A stretch of 64,000 nt of DNA from an uncultured virus (IMG/VR IMGVR_UViG_3300035181_000912) (IMGVR_UViG_3300035181_000912), one strand, 5' to 3'. Shown: positions 28,142 through 38,346, numbered from the stretch's first letter. The notes: generated from the sequence alone by a model not told the origin. Program-made: numbers and translations.

Positions 28142-28507
28142 ATGCTAGGACTGCTCCTGTCGTCGCTGCCTGTGCCCGAGTGGGTCAAGAAGCTGCTTCC
28201 TTACGTCCTCGCAGCAGCCCTCGTGCTAGGCGGTATCTGGTACGTTGACCACCGAGCATACCAGCGAGGGTTAGCTACCGCAGAGGCTGCGCAAGAGGCT
28301 AAGTCCGCTGCGGAAGCAATCAGAGTCGCTACCGCGAATAAGCGGGCCATCCAGGACGCCCTTCGAACCATCGACCGATTGACCAGTGAAAAGGAGACGC
28401 GCGATGCGCAGATTGCTGACCTACTGCGCGAAGGCGCGGCTGATCCTGGTGCTAGGAGAACTGCCTTTTCTCCTGGCAGCGTGCGGCGACTTAACTCGAT
28501 CCATTGA
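28142..28507 (+). CDS. inner-membrane spanin (Rz-like)
   Basis: N-terminal TM helix plus coiled coil, overlapped by a lipoprotein ORF. Confidence 0.7.
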   Translation: MLGLLLSSLPVPEWVKKLLPYVLAAALVLGGIWYVDHRAYQRGLATAEAAQEAKSAAEAIRVATANKRAIQDALRTIDRLTSEKETRDAQIADLLREGAADPGARRTAFSPGSVRRLNSIH

Positions 28508-28712
28508 GCCTCCGCAACTCGATCCAGTGCCCGCGGCCTTGGCCGAGCCGTGCCCGCGGACGGTTGTGATGCCCGTTCGCAACCTCACGCAGCAGGAGTC
28601 TGAAGCGTTCTGGATCCAGGATCGTCGTCATCTGATCGAGTGCGCAGATTCCAAGCAGGCGGTCGTCAAGTACTATGCGGCTCGAGACGCGGCGATCACA
28701 GGCAAGCCCTAG
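28404..28712 (+). CDS. outer-membrane spanin (Rz1-like lipoprotein)
   Basis: Lipobox LLAAC, Pro-rich, later Cys residues, overlapping the Rz-like gene. Confidence 0.7.
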   Translation: MRRLLTYCAKARLILVLGELPFLLAACGDLTRSIEPPQLDPVPAALAEPCPRTVVMPVRNLTQQESEAFWIQDRRHLIECADSKQAVVKYYAARDAAITGKP

Positions 28713-28735
28713 TAGAGCTCGTCAGCGCTGCGGGG

Positions 28736-28957
28736 TTACTTGGTTTCGCCCATGACTGGGCCCGTGACGGGAACGGCAGGCTTCTCTCGCAAGCTCTTGA
28801 GGGCTGCGTCGAGCAGCACGTTGACGTGCTCGGGGATCTTCTGGCGAGCGTTGCGGTAGTTGGAAATAGATTGCGGAGTCTTGCGCAGGTGGCTCGCCAT
28901 CTTGGCATTGGTCCACCCGAGCGACGACTGCCGACGTTTAAACTCGTCTGGCGTCAT
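28736..28957 (-). CDS. HTH (XRE-like) transcriptional regulator
   Basis: MTPDEFKRRQSSLGWTNAKMASHLRKTPQSISNYRNARQKIP. An operator-like palindrome lies upstream at 28991-29005. Confidence 0.8.
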   Translation of the reverse strand: MTPDEFKRRQSSLGWTNAKMASHLRKTPQSISNYRNARQKIPEHVNVLLDAALKSLREKPAVPVTGPVMGETK

Positions 28958-29039
28958 TCTCGGGCCTTTTGTTGCTTGCACCTTTGATAGCATAAGCGAC
29001 TTATACATCACGACCGGAAAACAAGGTCCAATGGTGCTT

Positions 29040-29240
29040 CAACTGATGCGTGCTTACGCGCGCGCGTGAGACGCGATGCCAAATCGGTTTTCCATCAAAA
29101 TCGCTTGCATCGTCTGCATCATTGCTTAGTTTTCAACGCGTTATGGTGATGCACGCGAAAACTGGGGTTCGCATCAGGTCAACAGAATCAATGGGTTAAG
29201 CGATGCAAGCGGTGCGTCTTGGGGTGCATCACCAGTGGGT
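29040..29240. repeat. repeat-rich intergenic region, possible replication origin
   Basis: Eight GATGC/GCATC pentamers, two interleaved inverted repeats and IHF-consensus-like sites at 29131-29143 and 29186-29198. Confidence 0.5.
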
Positions 29241-29344
29241 CAGAAGCTTCGGACCTGAGTGATCAGGGTTGCTTTCTTGTTTTGTCATTGCGCGAGTGCG
29301 CGTGTAGCCCTAATTTGGAATGAGCACACAACGGAGGCCAACTG

Positions 29345-30190
29345 ATGAACCAAACCCTAATCTGGAACCCCGACCTGACCGTGATCGGTCAGACGCAGTT
29401 CACCCCTGACGGCCTGGCGAACTGGATGGCTTTGAATGGCCTCGACGCGCATATGGAACCTGACTCAGACTCGCCGCTGCACAACCTTTGGCGCGACGTG
29501 TCGGACGACGACGCTTTGGAACGCATGATCGAGTTCGGCGGGCGCCACTGCTATCGTTCCTGGGCCGAGGGACGCAGCCGTTCCGAGTACATCCGGAACA
29601 TCATCGAGATGGAGCACGGATCGGTCCTCGAGCACTCGTCCATCAACATGGCGATCCAGGGCGTGTCCCGCAGCCTCAGCCATGAACTCGTCCGGCATCG
29701 CGTCGGCGTCGCGATCTCGCAGGAGTCGCAGCGCTACGTCTCTGCAGACGAGATCAAGTTCGTCGTGCCGCCGCTCGTCGCGAACCTCGTAGGCGGTGCA
29801 TTCTCGAACGCGGACGAGATCGTCAACTTCTCGGCCGATTGCGAACGTGCACGCGCCTCCTACAAGCGGCTCCAAGCGTCCATCGTGGCGGAAATCAAGC
29901 AGCGGGAATCCTCGATCAAGTCCTTGACCATGATCAAGAAGCGCGCGAACGAAGCAGCGAGGTCGCTCCTGCCGAACGCAGCGGAAACGCGCCTCCTGTG
30001 GTCGCCCAACATGCGACTCCTGCGTCACTTCCTGTGGTTGCGCGGCGGCGAAGGTGCTGACCTGGAAATCCGTCGCCTCGCTGTCCTGATGCTTGGTTAC
30101 GCTCAGCAGGCCGCGCCGTCGGTGTTCTCGGACATGATGCTGGCGCAAGGCGGCTATGGCGTCCCGATCATCGTGTCCACCAATGGCTGA
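29345..30190 (+). CDS. thyX: flavin-dependent thymidylate synthase
   Basis: Motifs HGSVLEH and SHELVRHR...SQESQRY, plus ARSLLPN and LRxxxxADLEIR. Confidence 0.95.
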   Translation: MNQTLIWNPDLTVIGQTQFTPDGLANWMALNGLDAHMEPDSDSPLHNLWRDVSDDDALERMIEFGGRHCYRSWAEGRSRSEYIRNIIEMEHGSVLEHSSINMAIQGVSRSLSHELVRHRVGVAISQESQRYVSADEIKFVVPPLVANLVGGAFSNADEIVNFSADCERARASYKRLQASIVAEIKQRESSIKSLTMIKKRANEAARSLLPNAAETRLLWSPNMRLLRHFLWLRGGEGADLEIRRLAVLMLGYAQQAAPSVFSDMMLAQGGYGVPIIVSTNG

Positions 30191-31952
30191 GGTCCTGGTC
30201 GAGAATGCTTTCGGCGTCGTCGAGGGCCTCGACTACAACCGTTCCAGAGACCTCGGTGATCGTTTAAACACCGAGGTCATCTACCAAGGTACCAGGATCA
30301 AGTTCAAGCCGACCCGCTACGCGCTTGACCTCCTGGTCAAGGAGCTGGGCCGCGACTCGTTCCACCCGGGTTGCCGCTTCGCCTGGTCGTCGTTCTACTC
30401 GACGAAGGAGCAGAAGGACGTCGAGTTCAACTGGGTGACCTCACCCTACAACCACCAGAGGGAGTGGTGGGCGGCCATCAAGGATATGCCCTACTTCGCC
30501 CTCGAGTGGGAGATGGGCCTTGGCAAGTCGAAGACTATCCTGGACATCTGTCAGTGGGCGCACGCTAAGGGCGACCTCGACGGCCTCTTGGTCATCACGC
30601 TGAAAGGCGTCCACCGGAAGTGGGTCGAGAAGGAAGTGCCCGCGCACCTTCCCAAAGGGTTCGCAGACGCCGCCTACTGGAATGCGAACGTGGTGGACAA
30701 CGGTATGTGGACGGGCGCGTCGCGCAACCGAGTCAGCATCGTGGACAGCCCCAAGTTTGCCGTTGCGACCATCAACTTCGAAAGCGTTCACCGCGCGAAA
30801 GGCCTCAAATTCTGCGAAAGGTTCCTGAGGTCGAGGAAGTGCGCCATCGTCATTGACGAGTCGCAGTATATCAAGACCCCTGGGACCGCCATCACCAAGG
30901 CGGCAATGAAACTAGGGAAGATGGCCGAACGACGCTGGATCACCACCGGCACGATGTCCACTGGCTCGACGCTCGACGCATGGTCTCAGTACTCATTCCT
31001 GGATTCTCGCATCGTCAACAATATGCCCTACTGGGCTTTCAAAGCCGAGTTCGCTATCGAGGAACGGGTCGGGGATAAAACCTTCGAGGCCTGGGAGTAC
31101 AACAAGGACACCAAGAAGTCGGTGAAGGTCGAGAAGCCGGTGATGTCCGTCACCGGATTCAAGAACGAGGATAAGCTCCGCGCGATGCTCGACCCTTACA
31201 GGTCGAGGCTTCTGAAAGAGGACTGCCTTGATCTACCGCCGAAACTGTATCGGATGCGGTCCTTCGAGATGACCGATAACATGCACCGCGCCTACATGCA
31301 GATGAGCAAGGAGTTCCTGGTTCAGCTTGAAGGAGGTCGCACAATGACCGCGAAGATGGCAATGACCAAGCTCGTCCGCTTGCAGCAGATCGCGTGCGGT
31401 TACGTCGTGCCCGACGACGCGGACCCCCTCAACGATGCAATCCCAGGGATCCCGCTCGATGCGAAGAACGCGCGCGTCGAGGCGACTATGGAGGAGCTCG
31501 AGAAGGTCCGGAACAAAGGAATAATTTGGTCCTACAAGCGCTACTGCCTGCGGGAGCTCTCGCAAGCATTGAGAACGGCCTACGGTGACAAGAGCGTGGT
31601 CGAGTATCATGGAGGCGTTTCCGACATGGACAAGCAGAAGTCTCTGCTCCTGTTCAAAGAAGACCCAACGCGCTGGTTCCTCGGCAACCCGATGTCCGCG
31701 GGCGTGGGACTCGACCTGGTCGAGGCGGACAACATGCTCTACCACGATAACTCCTTCAACCTCGGTCTCCGCCTCCAGTCGGAAGACCGCTTTCACCGCA
31801 TCGGACAGGAGGCTGATTCATGCACCATCACTGACATTGAATGCCTGGGCACGGTTGACCGCCCGCAACTACGCGCACTGAAGGACAAGCGCGACGTCTC
31901 GGCGGCGGTATCGGGAGACATCCTTAAATCCTGGTTGACCGAGGCGGTCTAA
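30183..31952 (+). CDS. SNF2-family helicase/ATPase
   Basis: Motifs EMGLGKS, DESQYIK, TGT, GVGLDL and QSEDRFHRIGQ. Confidence 0.92.
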   Translation: MAEVLVENAFGVVEGLDYNRSRDLGDRLNTEVIYQGTRIKFKPTRYALDLLVKELGRDSFHPGCRFAWSSFYSTKEQKDVEFNWVTSPYNHQREWWAAIKDMPYFALEWEMGLGKSKTILDICQWAHAKGDLDGLLVITLKGVHRKWVEKEVPAHLPKGFADAAYWNANVVDNGMWTGASRNRVSIVDSPKFAVATINFESVHRAKGLKFCERFLRSRKCAIVIDESQYIKTPGTAITKAAMKLGKMAERRWITTGTMSTGSTLDAWSQYSFLDSRIVNNMPYWAFKAEFAIEERVGDKTFEAWEYNKDTKKSVKVEKPVMSVTGFKNEDKLRAMLDPYRSRLLKEDCLDLPPKLYRMRSFEMTDNMHRAYMQMSKEFLVQLEGGRTMTAKMAMTKLVRLQQIACGYVVPDDADPLNDAIPGIPLDAKNARVEATMEELEKVRNKGIIWSYKRYCLRELSQALRTAYGDKSVVEYHGGVSDMDKQKSLLLFKEDPTRWFLGNPMSAGVGLDLVEADNMLYHDNSFNLGLRLQSEDRFHRIGQEADSCTITDIECLGTVDRPQLRALKDKRDVSAAVSGDILKSWLTEAV

Positions 31953-31991
31953 CCGCCTACAACGAAACTACTAACGGAGCCAAAGAAGAAA

Positions 31992-32354
31992 ATGCCCAGA
32001 GTCTTTATCGTCAACGAACCGGACGAGTCCCGTGTTCCTGCAGGCCGCGCGTCGTGGGATACGTCACCTGCTGCCTACTTTGGGGAGCTCGTCTACATCT
32101 TCACGGCGGACCAACCGCCGCCCGTCCGCGACCGAGAGAGTGCAATCGAGCGCGCCCACGAAGTCCTGGCCGATGCTGAGGATGGCGACTTCCTTGTCTG
32201 GGCAGGTGGCGACCCGTTCGGCATGATCATCGCTGCCGCGGTGATGGCCGACTACACCGATGGTCGGTTCAACTACCTCATGTGGGACCGCATGGCCCGC
32301 GCCTACGCGCCGGTCGAAGTGGATCTCCTTTTCAACAACGGAGAAGAAGAATGA
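31992..32354 (+). CDS. hypothetical protein
   Basis: 120 aa ORF with AACGGAG leader. Confidence 0.7.
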   Translation: MPRVFIVNEPDESRVPAGRASWDTSPAAYFGELVYIFTADQPPPVRDRESAIERAHEVLADAEDGDFLVWAGGDPFGMIIAAAVMADYTDGRFNYLMWDRMARAYAPVEVDLLFNNGEEE

Positions 32355-32893
32355 GTGACCTCGACGAACTGGCTGAGGAGGGTGCGAAAGCCTCCTCGAC
32401 CAACCTTGCGGACGTCGCAGCTTTGGCAATGAAGCAGCTGGAGCTCGAAGGTGCCCTTGCCTCGGCAGAAGCCGTAGTCAAGGACGCCAAAGAGAAGCTG
32501 CGCAAGGTGCAGGAAGGCGAGCTCCCCGCCGCATTGAAGGCCGCAGGCATCCCGTCCTTCACCCTTGCGAATGGCATGACCGTGTCCTACGAAGAGGACT
32601 TGAAAGTCAGCTTGCCGAAGTCTCGCCTGGACAAGATCATCGCTCAGATGAAGTCCTGGGGGTTCGAGTCGAATGTGACCAACACCTTGACCATCGACCT
32701 GGGCAAGGGCAACGAGAACGCGGTGAAGGCCCTCAGGGCCACCGCTGAGGAGATGGGCGTCGAGGTGACCGTGGCGGAGGACATTCCCACCGGCACAGTC
32801 AAGAAGGTGCTCAACCAGCGTATCAGGGAAGGCAAGTCTGACGACCTGACCTTCTTCAATGCGTTCCAGTTCACCAAAGCAACGGTGAAATAA
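32351..32893 (+). CDS. hypothetical replication-region protein
   Basis: ATG 32351 overlaps the previous stop. Coiled coil followed by LPAALKAAGIPSFTL. Confidence 0.7.
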   Translation: MSDLDELAEEGAKASSTNLADVAALAMKQLELEGALASAEAVVKDAKEKLRKVQEGELPAALKAAGIPSFTLANGMTVSYEEDLKVSLPKSRLDKIIAQMKSWGFESNVTNTLTIDLGKGNENAVKALRATAEEMGVEVTVAEDIPTGTVKKVLNQRIREGKSDDLTFFNAFQFTKATVK

Positions 32894-32918
32894 CCACAGC
32901 CCACAGAGGAGACCTTAA

Positions 32919-33806
32919 ATGGCTGCACCCAAGAAAACCACGGACACGAGCGAACTCGTTGCCGCGAAAGAACCCCAGCTGCCCGTCGAGTTCATGGACG
33001 AGCTGGCCGAAGCCGGCGAACAGCATCAGGAAGCAATGGGCAAGGACGATATGTCCATCCCGTTCCTGCAGATCCTGCAGTCGCTGTCGCCGCAGTGCAC
33101 GAAGGGCGAACCCGAGTACATCAAGGGCGCTGAACCTTCCGACCTGCTGAACACCGTGACCCAAACGCTGATCAAGACCCGCAATGACGACGACGCGGCG
33201 ATTGCTGGCTGCCAGGTCATGCCCGTCCACTACAAGCGGTCCTTCATCGAATGGGTTACGCGGGCCAAGGGCGGTGGTATCGTGAAGGAATACTCGGTCG
33301 AGGAAGGCCTTTCGATCATCACGGCCCGCAACGACCAGAACCTGGACATCATCCAGCAGGGGTCGCCGCTTGGCACGCCGGGAAACCAGCTGAATGACAC
33401 TCACACCCACTTCGTGTTCCTGCTGAACCCGGATGGGACTTACGAACCGATGATCTTGACCATGGCCTCGACGCAGATCAAGCCGTCGAAGGACCTGAAC
33501 AACATGGTCAGCAAGCAGGTCCTGCCTGATGGCCGCAAAGCGCCGCGCTTCTTTGGCATCTACGACGTGACGACGCAACGGCGGTCGAACGACCAAGGGT
33601 CCTGGTACATCTGGAAGTTCGAACGTGCGTCCGACGTCCTGACGGCAGGCAAGATGGCCATGTTCCGAGAAGCGAAGAAGTTCGTCGAGGGGATCCAGGC
33701 CGGCGAGCACAAGGCCGACTACTCGAAGGTTGACGGAGAAGTCAACCCGTCGACTCGTGGTGCCACGGGCGGCGCCGGTGGCAAGGACGAAGAAATCCCG
33801 TTCTGA
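32919..33806 (+). CDS. putative single-stranded DNA-binding protein
   Basis: IPFLQILQSLSPQ...NDQGSWY core, Gly linker and acidic tail DEEIPF, upstream of the primase. Confidence 0.7.
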   Translation: MAAPKKTTDTSELVAAKEPQLPVEFMDELAEAGEQHQEAMGKDDMSIPFLQILQSLSPQCTKGEPEYIKGAEPSDLLNTVTQTLIKTRNDDDAAIAGCQVMPVHYKRSFIEWVTRAKGGGIVKEYSVEEGLSIITARNDQNLDIIQQGSPLGTPGNQLNDTHTHFVFLLNPDGTYEPMILTMASTQIKPSKDLNNMVSKQVLPDGRKAPRFFGIYDVTTQRRSNDQGSWYIWKFERASDVLTAGKMAMFREAKKFVEGIQAGEHKADYSKVDGEVNPSTRGATGGAGGKDEEIPF

Positions 33807-33965
33807 TCAAGGCAGGCTGGCGCGTTTAAACGCGCCAACCTATGAGGTCCTCAGGGGTTGAGGATCTTCCCGAACCGGAGGGATAAGCCACCCCAGGCCG
33901 GTGAGCCTAGCAAGGGCCGTTCTGACTAGACTCTGGTCAGTTATCAACAGCAGAAGGGGACGCCA

Positions 33966-35735
33966 GTGAACAACGGCGAACGGTTTGCACGACTATTCAA
34001 GGGCTACACTGCTCGGTATGGTCGGTACGACATTGAAGGCTCTTCGGGCCCTGAGACGAAGGTTGAAGGAAAGGCGAAGACAGTCGACCGCGAGGTGACG
34101 CTTCGGGACTACTCCGACCACATCGCGGGCAAGGTGGGCATCGGAATCATTCCGCTTCAAGGCGATCCTAAGACCCCAGGATTCGTCAACTTCGCTGCTA
34201 TAGACATTGACGTCTACAAGGCTGAGACGCAGGCCGCGAAGAACCTCACCCATGGCGACGTCGCACTGACGCTCCTCGAGACCCCGCTCATTGTCACGAA
34301 GTCGAAGTCAGGCGGGATCCACGTCTGGCTCTTCTCGAAGGATGGCGTATCCGCGAAACTCGCGACCGCCTACCTGCAGATGCAAGCAGCCCTGCTGGGC
34401 GTCGCGGGCACCGAAGTGTTCCCAAAGCAGAACGAGCGCAACTCGGACGAGGACGTCGGCAACTGGATCAACCTGCCGTTCTTCGGTGATACACGTCAGG
34501 CCGTCATTCCCCACAAAAGCGGGTCAGTCGTCGAGTTCCGCGACACTCCCTTAGATCAGTTCTTGGATATCGCAGAGGCCGCAAGCGCTGACGTCACCGA
34601 CGCATGGCTAGAAGCACACACTCAGACGCCGCCGTCGCAGCGCGGCAAAGACTTCGCTCCCGCGCCTGAGAACCTTTTCCTCGACGGCCCACCGTGCCTG
34701 GAGGCGCTCCTGCGTGGGTTCCCCGAACGCGTCGCAGCCATCCAGAAGAAGTTCGAACGCGGCGAGATCACTGCCGATCAGCGGGACAAGCAGATCACCT
34801 TCACCGCGCCTCAGCTCAGTGAAGGCTCCCGCGATGACACCTTCCTGAACGTCGGGCACTACCTCCGTCGCCGCATCAACAGCCACGACCCGGAAGCACC
34901 CATACCGGGCGATGCAGTTCCCCTGCTCGAGGCGCTGAAAGAGGCCCACGACGTCTGGGGACTCGGTCGTTTCGGGAAAGCCGAGTGGGAGAAGCCTCGC
35001 GGGAAGGATATCCACGGGATCTCGTCCGACCTTCCGCGCATCGCGAAGCAGGCCGCAAAAGGCAAGTGGGGCTACGCCTGCACCAAGGAGCCGCTCAAGG
35101 GCTTCTGTGATCGGCGCAAATGCCTGAAGCGCAAGTTCGGCATCGGGACCACGACGTCGGACGCGACCATGCCCATCACCGGCTTCACCATCGTCAATAC
35201 GGCAGACAAGCAGTACTACATGAACCTCAGTGAGAACCGGATCCACGTTCCCGACGTAGCAACGCTGCTGTCCCAGCATGACTTCGCCAAGATCGTAACC
35301 AACGAGACAAACCGCATCTGGCCCATGATGCAGGATGCCAAGTATAAGGAGATGATGGACGCACTCTTGAAGAACGCAGTGGACAAGGGCGACGTGATCG
35401 AAGGGCCGCCTGACTCCGACCGGAATTCCATCGTGCTCGATGCGCTGGCCGAGTTCGTGGACAAGCGAAAGATAGACGCGGGCAAGTCGGACTCCGCGTT
35501 CTTCTCGGGTCGCGTCATCTGGGCGGACGACAACCTCACCGCCATGTTCAAGTTCGACCAATTCATGGCGTATCTCGCCGCGAAGGGGCTGCGCTACTCG
35601 AGCAATCAGATCGCCCACATGCTGGTGAACGAGTTCGACGTTGAAGCCCGTGGCAACACCCATATTGCCAATAGACAAGCACGCCCCTACGTCGTCACAC
35701 TCGCGCGTCTCAATGAACTGATGGGCAAGGACTGA
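33966..35735 (+). CDS. archaeo-eukaryotic primase (AEP)-family protein
   Basis: Motifs AIDID, SKSGGIHVW, EVFPKQ and GNWINLPF, with a Cys cluster C..C....C. Confidence 0.82.
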   Translation: MNNGERFARLFKGYTARYGRYDIEGSSGPETKVEGKAKTVDREVTLRDYSDHIAGKVGIGIIPLQGDPKTPGFVNFAAIDIDVYKAETQAAKNLTHGDVALTLLETPLIVTKSKSGGIHVWLFSKDGVSAKLATAYLQMQAALLGVAGTEVFPKQNERNSDEDVGNWINLPFFGDTRQAVIPHKSGSVVEFRDTPLDQFLDIAEAASADVTDAWLEAHTQTPPSQRGKDFAPAPENLFLDGPPCLEALLRGFPERVAAIQKKFERGEITADQRDKQITFTAPQLSEGSRDDTFLNVGHYLRRRINSHDPEAPIPGDAVPLLEALKEAHDVWGLGRFGKAEWEKPRGKDIHGISSDLPRIAKQAAKGKWGYACTKEPLKGFCDRRKCLKRKFGIGTTTSDATMPITGFTIVNTADKQYYMNLSENRIHVPDVATLLSQHDFAKIVTNETNRIWPMMQDAKYKEMMDALLKNAVDKGDVIEGPPDSDRNSIVLDALAEFVDKRKIDAGKSDSAFFSGRVIWADDNLTAMFKFDQFMAYLAAKGLRYSSNQIAHMLVNEFDVEARGNTHIANRQARPYVVTLARLNELMGKD

Positions 35736-37252
35736 TGGGGCGTCTACGACCAACACTGATCCTCGGCGGTCCCGGGTGTGGCAAGACTACTGCCCTGCTC
35801 AAGATCGTCGAGGAGGCCTTCGCAAAGGGCGTTAAACCTGAGAAGATCGCCTTCGTCGCTTTCACGCGAAAGGCCGCTCAGGAGGCACGGGATCGGATGG
35901 TCGAGAAGTTCGGCGTCGAACGAGATGCCATCCCTTACTTCCGAACCTTACACTCGTTCGCGTTCGCGCATATCGACATCCAGCCCGCACAGATACTGAC
36001 GGGCCCGAAGATGCGGGACTACGCGAAAGCGGAGGGGCTCGACCTGTCGGTCGACTACATTGACGAGTTCGGCCAGATAGTATGCCAACCGCAGACCGCG
36101 GACGAGCAGGCGCTCAACGCGATCTCTTTGGCACGCCTGACGATTCGGGAATTAGAAGAGGTAGTCATCGAGCAGGACCTGCATATCGGACGCGTCCGCG
36201 AGATCAAAGCCGACTACGACGAGTTCAAAGCGGACGCTATCCTTTACGACTTCACCGACATGCTGCAGAAGTTCGTGGACACTGCTGTCCTGCCCGAGTT
36301 CGACTTGCTTATCGTTGACGAGGCTCAGGACCTGTCTCGCCTTCAGTGGAAGATGGTGGACAAGCTGGTCGAGAACTCGAAGGACGTCTACTTCGCAGGC
36401 GACGATGACCAAGCTATCTATTCCTGGGCCGGCGCGGACGTCGAGCACTTCCTGACGATGAAGGCCGACCGCGAAGTCCTGCCTATCTCCTACCGGCTCA
36501 AGTCGAACGTCTTCGACGCGTGCCAGAAGGTCATTGGGTTCTGTTCTGATCGGTACGCGAAAGACTGGAAGCCCCATCAGGACGGCGGCTCCATCGACTT
36601 CGTGTCGTCATTGAGTGCGCTCGACCTCTCACAAGGATCCTGGTTCCTTCTCGCACGGACCAACTCGCTCGTCCGGTCGTTCACCAAGTACATGCACGAG
36701 GAGGGCTTCGCCTACTTAACGCCGGGTCCTCACGGTATGCAGTCGTCGGTGTCTGTCGATTCGGTTCAGGCCGTCCTGATCTACGAGAACCTTCGCCAGG
36801 GTAAGACATTCACCGGCGACAAGCTATCGCTCGTCTGGTCATTCATCGAGCCACGGCTCCGCCCAGCGAGCGCGCCTGTCTTCGAGCCGCTTACCGAGTA
36901 CACGCTCGACGACCTACGTTCCACCGGATTCGACGCTACCCCGAGCTGGCTCGAAGCTCTGCGTATCTCTGGCGCCATGCAAAACTATATCCGGATGCTG
37001 CGCGTTCGCGGTGAGAGCCTGGTGAAGCCTCCGAGGATCACCGTCTCGACAATCCACGGGGTGAAGGGCGGCGAAGCGGACAACGTCGTCGTCTGGCAGA
37101 AGCTGTCGTCCCGGACCTATAAATCCTGGATGAACGCCGATCCGCAGGAGGTGCGCGCGCTATTCACCGCGATGTCTCGCGCGAAGGATCGACTGATCTT
37201 CCTCGACTCCAAGACCCAAATCAACTACGGTATAGAAAGACTCCTCCTATGA
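35735..37252 (+). CDS. UvrD/Rep-like SF1 helicase
   Basis: Motifs GGPGCGKT, FTRKAA, DEAQD, GDDDQAIY and STIHGVKGGE. Confidence 0.92.
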   Translation: MGRLRPTLILGGPGCGKTTALLKIVEEAFAKGVKPEKIAFVAFTRKAAQEARDRMVEKFGVERDAIPYFRTLHSFAFAHIDIQPAQILTGPKMRDYAKAEGLDLSVDYIDEFGQIVCQPQTADEQALNAISLARLTIRELEEVVIEQDLHIGRVREIKADYDEFKADAILYDFTDMLQKFVDTAVLPEFDLLIVDEAQDLSRLQWKMVDKLVENSKDVYFAGDDDQAIYSWAGADVEHFLTMKADREVLPISYRLKSNVFDACQKVIGFCSDRYAKDWKPHQDGGSIDFVSSLSALDLSQGSWFLLARTNSLVRSFTKYMHEEGFAYLTPGPHGMQSSVSVDSVQAVLIYENLRQGKTFTGDKLSLVWSFIEPRLRPASAPVFEPLTEYTLDDLRSTGFDATPSWLEALRISGAMQNYIRMLRVRGESLVKPPRITVSTIHGVKGGEADNVVVWQKLSSRTYKSWMNADPQEVRALFTAMSRAKDRLIFLDSKTQINYGIERLLL

Positions 37253-37839
37253 CCACCATCCTCCTTGACTGCGACGACGTGCTTCTTGACTGGATCGAAG
37301 GCTTTCGGGCCTATGCGTCGGTGCGACTTCAACGCTTCGTGGAAGGCCAACCAGACTCCTGGCAGATGGGCTCTTGGCTTGGCACGACTGATGCCGTCGC
37401 CTTCGAACTCATTGAGGAGTTCAACGCGTCTCCCGGCTTTGGTCAACTTGGTCCCGTCGAGGGCGCGGTCGACGTAGTGACGAAGTGGCACCAACTCCTG
37501 GGACCGCTGTCTGACGTTCGCCTTCACGTCGTCACGTCCTGCTCGTCCGATCCCAAGACCGTCTCCGTGCGGCGTGCCAACCTGGAACGTGTCTTTGGCA
37601 AGGATGTCTTCGACTCGGTCCACTGCCTCGACCTCGGGCAGTCGAAAGTGAAGGTCCTGCAATCCTGGTCTCCAGGAACCATCTGGATCGAGGACAACTA
37701 CAAGAACGCCTTGATGGGCGCCGACGTCGGGCACTTGACGTTCATCCGCAAACGCCCGCACAACAAGGAATACCAGGAGCTGCACGATGCGCGCTTGACC
37801 TGGTTCGAAAACTGGTCAGAACTCGAGGAGCATATCTGA
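37249..37839 (+). CDS. HAD-family 5'(3')-deoxyribonucleotidase-like protein
   Basis: LLDCDDVLLDW, VTS and WIEDN motifs. Confidence 0.8.
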   Translation: MTTILLDCDDVLLDWIEGFRAYASVRLQRFVEGQPDSWQMGSWLGTTDAVAFELIEEFNASPGFGQLGPVEGAVDVVTKWHQLLGPLSDVRLHVVTSCSSDPKTVSVRRANLERVFGKDVFDSVHCLDLGQSKVKVLQSWSPGTIWIEDNYKNALMGADVGHLTFIRKRPHNKEYQELHDARLTWFENWSELEEHI

Positions 37840-38288
37840 TGCCTTTCCAATCTACTAAAACGTATGGTCATGAAGTCGGTCTGTCCGCGTGCTTCCGTCA
37901 GTGGCGCGCGCATTCGCATTGCCGCTTCCTGCACGGCTACGCCCTCGCGGTCAAGCTCGTCTTTGAGGCCGATGACCTCGACGCCCAGAACTGGGTTGTC
38001 GACTTCGGGTCGCTCAAGCCCCTGAAAGGCATCCTCGAGAACACCTTCGACCACAAGACGCTGGTGGCCGAGGATGATCCTGAACTTGAAACCTTCCGCG
38101 ACCTCGACGCGAAGGGCTTGATCCAGATGGTTATCACGCCGTCAAATGGCTGCGAGATGTTCGCCTATATGGTCTACCAGGTCACCGAGCAGTGGCTCAA
38201 GGACGCCGGGTATGGCGACCGCGTTCGAATGGTGTCAGCTGAGGTCTCGGAACACGGCGCGAACTCGGCCCTCTACGTTCGCGGGTAA
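37839..38288 (+). CDS. queD: 6-carboxytetrahydropterin synthase
   Basis: HCRFLHGY, WVVDFG, FDHK and EVSE motifs, near the other que genes. Confidence 0.9.
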   Translation: MPFQSTKTYGHEVGLSACFRQWRAHSHCRFLHGYALAVKLVFEADDLDAQNWVVDFGSLKPLKGILENTFDHKTLVAEDDPELETFRDLDAKGLIQMVITPSNGCEMFAYMVYQVTEQWLKDAGYGDRVRMVSAEVSEHGANSALYVRG

Positions 38289-38316
38289 AGAAATTAGGAG
38301 TGGGTGCATTTTATGC

Positions 38317-38346
38317 TTGCACCCACACCTATAACTCGCTTATACG
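38317..38346 (+). promoter_or_regulatory. promoter with operator-like palindrome
   Basis: TTGCAC-ccacacc-TATAACTCGCTTATA-cg. Confidence 0.55.
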
